Below, in pieces: positions 57,903 through 64,000 of a stretch of DNA of 64,000 nucleotides. The DNA is from Carpediemonas membranifera BICM. Taxonomy: Eukaryota > Protista > Fornicata. Each line of letters begins with the position of its first letter. Positions within the stretch are counted from its first letter, which is position 1. The notes under the pieces are model-generated. The model saw only the letters and a program-made list of their open reading frames with translations. It did not search any database and was not told where the DNA came from. The DNA lies in NCBI GenBank assembly GCA_019828565.1, contig JAHDYR010000003.1, positions 431,309-495,308 on the forward strand, read 5' to 3'. The translations under genes and the position numbers were made by a program.

Positions 57903-58908
57903 CTACACGTCTCTCTCAAGCGCACGGGTCATCATGCTTATGTATCGATCATTCATAAGTCTTCTCTGGTCGGTTCTTAACGGGTCATACTCGTTGACAT
58001 CAGAAACGATGTCTTGCATTTCAGGAAGAGGAATGGGCCGGGCATAGCTAGTCTCAGACATGATGACCCTGGCCTCGTTGGGAAATGACAAGGAACCATT
58101 GGCTATAATCCGTCTTCCTGCTGAGCCAGGCGCGAAACGATAGCCAGAGAAGTACTTCGTCAGAAAGAAAAGAGGATTGTCGAGGCATGTCACGCGGTAG
58201 AGCCAATAGGCGTCCTGGAGAACAAGCTCATGCGCCAGAACCTTCTCAGGAGTGAGGATAATGCATGTGTTCTTGTACTTGGCTGTCGAAATAGCACTGC
58301 ACAGCTGAGACTCCTCAGATCTGTCGAGTCCGGAGCAGGTGGCAAAGTAAATCAGACGCACACGCGTCGATCTCACCAAGGAAGGGCTCTCGAATAACCT
58401 GAGGATGAGCTGGACCAGATCATGGTGATACAGAAACTCGTTCGTAGACGTATCAATGATCATACGCGACGTTTCTGTATCAGAATGACCCGATATCACC
58501 CAGTAAGTGTCGAAGTTAGAGTACTGCGACGCCAACTCCTCAAGTACCTCGGCCAGATGGGACGTAGACTTAAAGGTGCGGGCAACGGCAGTCAGCCACT
58601 CATCATCAACGAGCTCTAGAGCCGTCTTGAGCTTGAAATGATAGCCAGATGAGTTGGCAAGACTTTCCACGCGGAAGACGGGGTAGGGCTGAGTCGGGGT
58701 CTCGAAACCATGCAGCGGCTCGATGGTGATTAGCACCCGTCGGTTAATCAACTTCTCTGTTGTAAAAAGGACACTCGTGAGAGGAAGAAGACTTGAAACC
58801 GATCCCGCGATGTCCACGCCTGAGCTGAACCTTACCACAGACACATTCAAAGACTTCTTGGTCCTTACTGATGCGTCGCGTGCCGAATTCTCCGTATTTC
58901 TCGTCCAT
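57903..58908 (-). CDS. Caspase/CHAT-like peptidase, X copy 2
   Basis: Matches 31206-32210 with one homopolymer indel. Confidence 0.6.
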
Positions 58909-59101
58909 TTGCAATGTGCCAATTTTTTTCATGAATGGCACATTTTGATTTGAAGCAAAGGACAAGCTTTTGATCCAAGTAAAGAGGTATACCTTCATTG
59001 CTACACTATTTATGCATGCTACTGCAGTATTGTTCGGATCTGATCAGCGATGCGCCTGTTCTTCGGATCGGGAGTTGCGAGAAAAAAAAGAGAACGAAGA
59101 T

Positions 59102-60105
59102 ATGGCGAGAAGAAAGATGTCCGCAAGGAAGCAGCAACCGGTAGGTAAGAGAAGGATTCAAAATCCACTCAACGACACTTTTTGTGTCATCTGCTTCTCC
59201 GCAGGATCAACGTCCTGCGGAAACGACTGTAACGGCAGCATCACCTCCTCCTCCGCCTCCCGAGTCGCCCGAGGATGGTAAGGAGCAAGATTCTCCTCCT
59301 CCTCCGCCTCCCGAGTCGCCTTCCCATTCATCCAGCTCGTCTGAAGCCGAGGAGGACTCCGTCGAGGGGTCCGTCATGCACGTCCACCCTAGGTGGACGC
59401 ATGTTTACCCGGGTTCAGACCTGCAGGACGTCAAGCGGCTGATTTCGGATGAGATAAGCCTTCAGGCCATTCCTGCTCCGGCCTGGATCTCATCCGAGAC
59501 CCGTTGCGACCCCCGTCTGACCCAGGAGCCCGACCATCCGGCCCTCAACCGGACGCAGAGCGTCGGCCGAGGCATGATTGCCACTGAGGATATCTCAGCT
59601 GGCACATGTCTCGGCATATACCTCGGGAAGCTGATTCCCGATGCTGAGACGGCCAGCAACAACGGCCAGATGGTGTTTGTTTCGCATATTCCATTACCAT
59701 TACACAGCATGTCATTCGCTGACAGTCAGGTCGCCGTCGATGCCATGTCGGCCGCAGCGGGTGTCCACCTGATTAACCACAGCCCTGACGATGTCAACTG
59801 TGAGTTCGTGGACGTCTTGGTGGATGGCCTGCCAGTGATATCGGTCAGGGCCACTGCCAACATCGTTCGCGGCGAGTTCTTGCGCATCGATTATGGCGAG
59901 ACCTACTTTGAGGCCGATGAAGAGGAGCACCCGGTTGCTCGCTTCAAGAGTCTCGCCATAGATGACCCTCACTACCTCGCTCGAAAGGTGGAGCAGTTCA
60001 AAAATACTGCAGGTCAAGCCGCAGCCCCGCAAGCGGAAGACCAAGTCCAACCCCGCCCGTAAGCGCTTCCACACTGCGCGCATGACTCAAGGCAAGAGTG
60101 AATAA
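59102..60105 (+). CDS. SET-domain methyltransferase, X copy 2
   Basis: MARRKMSARK start; SET motifs; homopolymer indels near 59180 and 60001. Confidence 0.9.
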
Positions 60106-60135
60106 ACTTGAAGAGATATCAATTCAATCAATCAT

Positions 60136-61511
60136 TTATGAGCGGGTGACATCCTCCGGACGAGTAGCACGCTTCTCGGGCTCTGCGGCAGCTGCCTTGC
60201 GCTTGCGGTCCGGAAGACTGTAGACACAGGCATGACGATTCTCGATGACGATGAACTGAGTGAGCTTCATGCTCTCACAAAGACCTAAGATCTTGTCCAG
60301 CGTCGCATCCTGGATGGGCAAGAACTCTGAATCTTCCCAACCTTTGTGGACCCAGAGGCAGGTAAGGTCCTCGTCGATCTGGGTGATGATTACCGGAGTG
60401 TGACTCAGCTCTACACTGGCCTGGATGGCCTCATGGTCTGCCCAGGGGAAAGGGGAGCCAGGCATCTCAGAGAACGGGTCGCCCTCGAACCCCTTGCCCT
60501 CACAGAAGGATCGGATGTCCTCGTACAGCTGAAGCTTCTCACCAACAGTAGGCTGGGACCCAGTCCTGATGAGATGCATGGCGCTGAGAATGCATGAGCC
60601 ATCCCCAGGCACCTCAGACCGCTTCCAGAGAGCTTGTATCGTTCTTAAACTTCTTAGCGGTCTTCTCCATGATGGTCTGGACGTCATCTTTGGGGTCTGC
60701 GGCCACCAAAGCCTCCCGATCCAGGTCTATGACCTCAGCCTCCTTCTTCAAGGGCACAAGCTTCTCCGTCTCGAGCTTTTCAATCTTGGCCCGGGCTCGC
60801 CAAAGCTCCCTCTTCAAATCACGGATCGCACCGTTGTGTTCCACGGCAAGATGGCGGCGCAGGAGGCGCGATGTGCCACTCAGGGTACTTCTGTGGACGG
60901 GAGAGTCCATCAGAAGCGCGTCCAGGTGCCTTATCCGGTCGAACTGCACGTCGACCGGGTCCGACAGCTCAGGCTCGGCGTTGTTCTTGAACGAACGGAC
61001 GACCCCCGACCTTCCTGGCTTCACCTTGCGCATTATGCGCTCACGGAGCAGCGAAAGGACTGAATAAGCAGGAGTTATTTGGAGTACTTACCTCCAACGT
61101 CGTGCTCGTGATCCGAAGACACTTCTCGGCGGACCTTCTGGACAAGGCTGTCGTAGGCATGATCTCCCATGACCTTCTTCAGCTCAGCCGATGTCGTGAT
61201 CAGCTCAAGCTGAGCCTCGGCAGTTTCTCTTAGGTGCAGGATAAGGTGAGGCGACCTGAAGAGCTTGCGAAGCGTTTTCCAGCCAATATCTGTGTAAAAA
61301 GGTATGGGGAAAGTACTTACGATCACGAAGAAGGGCGGTGAGGATCTTGTCATCGGGCAGAAGGAACTTACGAAGAAGTGAGCACTTGATCATCTCCTGC
61401 GCGTTTGATGAGGCCTGACTGATCTCAGCGCTGTCATAGAAGATAAAAGAACTGCTTACCAAACGTTTTCGAACGCTTCAAGAGCATGTAGAAGTCGAAA
61501 ACCGATTGCAT
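60136..61511 (-). CDS. OTU-like protease, X copy 2
   Basis: Matches 28604-29977, including both introns; one indel near 60625. Confidence 0.78.
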
Positions 61512-62211
61512 GATTATAAGGCTCTCAGGACCTAATGAAAAAAATTCATAAGGCTCTGAGAGCCTAATAAACCATGCGGAAAAATGACCAGTATCGGTAG
61601 GCAACGGCGCGGGAGATTCATTAGGCTCTGAGAGCCTTATACACGATTTCGAATTGGTGTATAAGGCTCTGAGAGCCTTATGAACTCAGAGGAGGTCCTC
61701 GGGGCACTTCGGTGCAGAATTTTGATTGGGCATCTGATTGGACCATGGGGCGGATGCTCAGAGGGATGAATGCGAGCTCAATGGAGACCATTGGACATGT
61801 CAGAGATGGCATGTCCAGGTGAAGGTCCATCATGGAAGGAGCCATTCACGATAAGTCTTCTAAATGTTGTGTTGCGAGCGTCTGAAGGGCTTTCTCTGGA
61901 TACCGACCAAGATGGAGGTCACGTGGATCAACGGACGATAATTGCGGTATTCTGGCCTTGTATGCCACTCTTAAATCCATTGTTTGATCCATTCCCGCGT
62001 TTATAGTTCATCTCAACGCTTCCTCGACGAGTTACAATTGTTGATGTTGTTTAGGTTCTATTACAGGCCATTCGAGGCCACAGAGCTCTCATGATGTTGT
62101 TTTAGTGATATACACATGCTTGCCAGCGTTTGAGGATCGATACTCTTCTCCTTTCTTCGTTTGGTTTTTCTAATTTCGTTGCGAGCATAAAGTGCACCTT
62201 GAAGAAACGTT

Positions 62212-62896
62212 ATGCCTCCGAAACGGAGTAATTCTGCTAAGAGCAAGGGCAGAAAGCGTCTAAACGCTGTGGAGATGATTTCTACTTACTTAGAGAAGGA
62301 GCACGCTGCTGGAAGCATCTCCGCTGCCGATGTCGCCACCGGAAACCGCATTTGCAATGAGGTGGTTGACAGACGCCCCAATGACCTCCCCACATTCGTT
62401 CCGGAGGATCTTAGGGATGAAGCGGAGTTCCGTACTCTCGACAGCATCGAGAAGATCATGGCGCAGTTCAAGGGCGAGTCTTCTGAGGCCAAGGAGAAGC
62501 GCTTCAGGGCCCTCATCAGCCTGGACGCCGAAGGAGATGAGGTCGACCATGGCAGCCCTCTCTTGGCAACTGTCCGTGAGTACCGCGAGCTGTTCCACGG
62601 CATCCCTCAGTCGGTCCGCCCCCGCGCTTACGCCTTCGTCGCCCAGAGGCTTGTGCATCTCTGTCGACAAGGTCAGAGAGGTCCTTCTGGAGAGTGTGTG
62701 CCGCAAGGACTCTAAGCTCATCTTCGAGCGTCCGCAGCTTGTCCTCAAGAAGCACTCGAAGACCTTCAAGGACCTCGCCGCTGTGATTGAGAAGAGGAAC
62801 GCTGCCCGTGCCGCTGCAGAGGCTCGTGATGTTCTGCGTATACCCGTTTACGCGAGCCTCCTGCTCTTCCACGCAGCTAACGTCAACTCAAAATGA
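62212..62896 (+). CDS. HTH-like nuclear protein, X copy 2
   Basis: Matches 27217-27903 with indels. Confidence 0.55.
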
Positions 62897-62951
62897 GTAA
62901 TAAATCGACTGCTTCTTCATTTAATCTTCATTCTCTTCCTCATCTTCCTTC

Positions 62952-63881
62952 TCAGACAGCAGATGGTACCCACTCTTCCTCGAAATAGTTCTCTTTCTGG
63001 TAATCCTTACGCATCTTTGATCTCTTATCCACGATCTTTTGGACCAAATCCCTTCGGTTGCTGTCGTAAAGGGCGATGATTATCTCACGTTGCTTCTTGC
63101 GCGTCGGGTGCGGGGTAACACTCTTCCTCAGACGCTTAATGTAGCGGTTGAGCTTGTCCGAGGGCTTGGTGGGCAGGGGTGGGTTGGGTGGCTTAGGTTC
63201 TCTTTGGGGAGGCTGGACCTGGTCCACAGAAGTGAAAGCCGTACCGTAGTCGACGGACGGGGAGCCCTCCAGGACTTCATGGCATATCCATGGCAAGCAA
63301 CGAGACTCTCACCGAGCTTCGTCCACTTGTTCGGGCCGTATGTTGCCTCCATGGTCACCAGTCTCGCATCATCCAGGTACTCCATCGTGGACTTTTGCTT
63401 GGAGATGGACATCCCCATACGCTGGTAGGCTGGCACAAGAGAACTTTACACACTGCAGGCGGATCCTCTGTCCGGCAGAGGCAACCGAAAGAAGAATCGT
63501 GGCGAGACCATTGCCCCTGGCATAGAATGCCGTGCGAATAACCACAACATATAAGTCCTGGCGCAGCTCGGAAGGGTTTCATCAGTAGCTTCGGTGTTGT
63601 ATGACTCCTTCGTGAGCAACATAAGGCCGAAATGATGGAATCAGTCTTGCAGTCACGAATCGCAACCAATCTGGGTAAATACCTGGGCAACACTGGGTGA
63701 ACAAACATGAAGAAGCGATGATCGATGTCATCAACTCCTCTCGTGGCAACGTCCTGCTTTAAAAACGTACGGACACTGGGGATGATGTCTGACTTATCAG
63801 AAAGTCTTACGTACTGTATATATAAGCCTTATGGGCTGCAAGAGTATCCTCTGTCCAAGATTCTTTCCCCGTTTGGTTCAT
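62952..63881 (-). CDS. GNAT acetyltransferase, X copy 2 (many indels)
   Basis: Matches about 26239-27165. Confidence 0.7.
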
Positions 63882-64000
63882 TTTCACAAACTTTTTGTGA
63901 AACCTGCGAAATGTGAAATGTGCCATTCATGAAAAAGTGGCACATATGAAAAATGAATGAATTTATCACGGAACCATCTTACATCACTTTTTATATCACG

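Larger units (their letters stand above)
56172..64000 (-). mobile_element. DNA transposon X, copy 2 (inverted; continues past the window)
   Basis: Reverse complement of about 26120-33940 with scattered substitutions and indels; TIR at 56172-56221. Confidence 0.96.

Overview
Eukaryotic, GC-rich genomic DNA with ~30-60 nt spliceosomal introns. The gene style suggests a free-living protist such as a Carpediemonas-like metamonad, which I have not verified. 1-19.4 kb: a Tc1/IS630 DD34E transposase with two opposite-strand ORFs; a katanin p60-like (KATNAL2) gene split by a chromodomain Ty3/gypsy element (F) that carries an extra antisense chromodomain ORF; an RCC1-like gene; tRNA-Trp(CCA); a 1428-aa surface protein; and an FG-GAP/NERD1-like membrane protein. 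19.4-64 kb: one nest of mobile elements. Gypsy element E holds D and two copies of A; the second A copy holds B and C; each A copy holds a copy of an 11.3-kb DNA transposon (X). Swapped target-site duplications (TSDs) show that 33941-56171 is inverted between the two X copies, either biologically or by assembly. Two candidate new systems stand out. (1) Transposon X has 50-bp TIRs, a 2-bp TSD and a CMC/Transib-like DDE transposase, plus a chromatin toolkit: GNAT acetyltransferase, OTU deubiquitinase, SET methyltransferase with an H3-tail-like ARxKxxARK motif, caspase/separase-like protease, tandem PHD protein and HTH protein. (2) Five divergent chromoviruses have very short LTRs (53-80 bp where both copies are visible) and a perfect 10-14 bp palindrome where the tRNA primer-binding site should be. 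Most frameshifts fall in homopolymers and differ between copies, so they are probably sequencing errors. All protein assignments were made from motifs by eye; no database searches were run.
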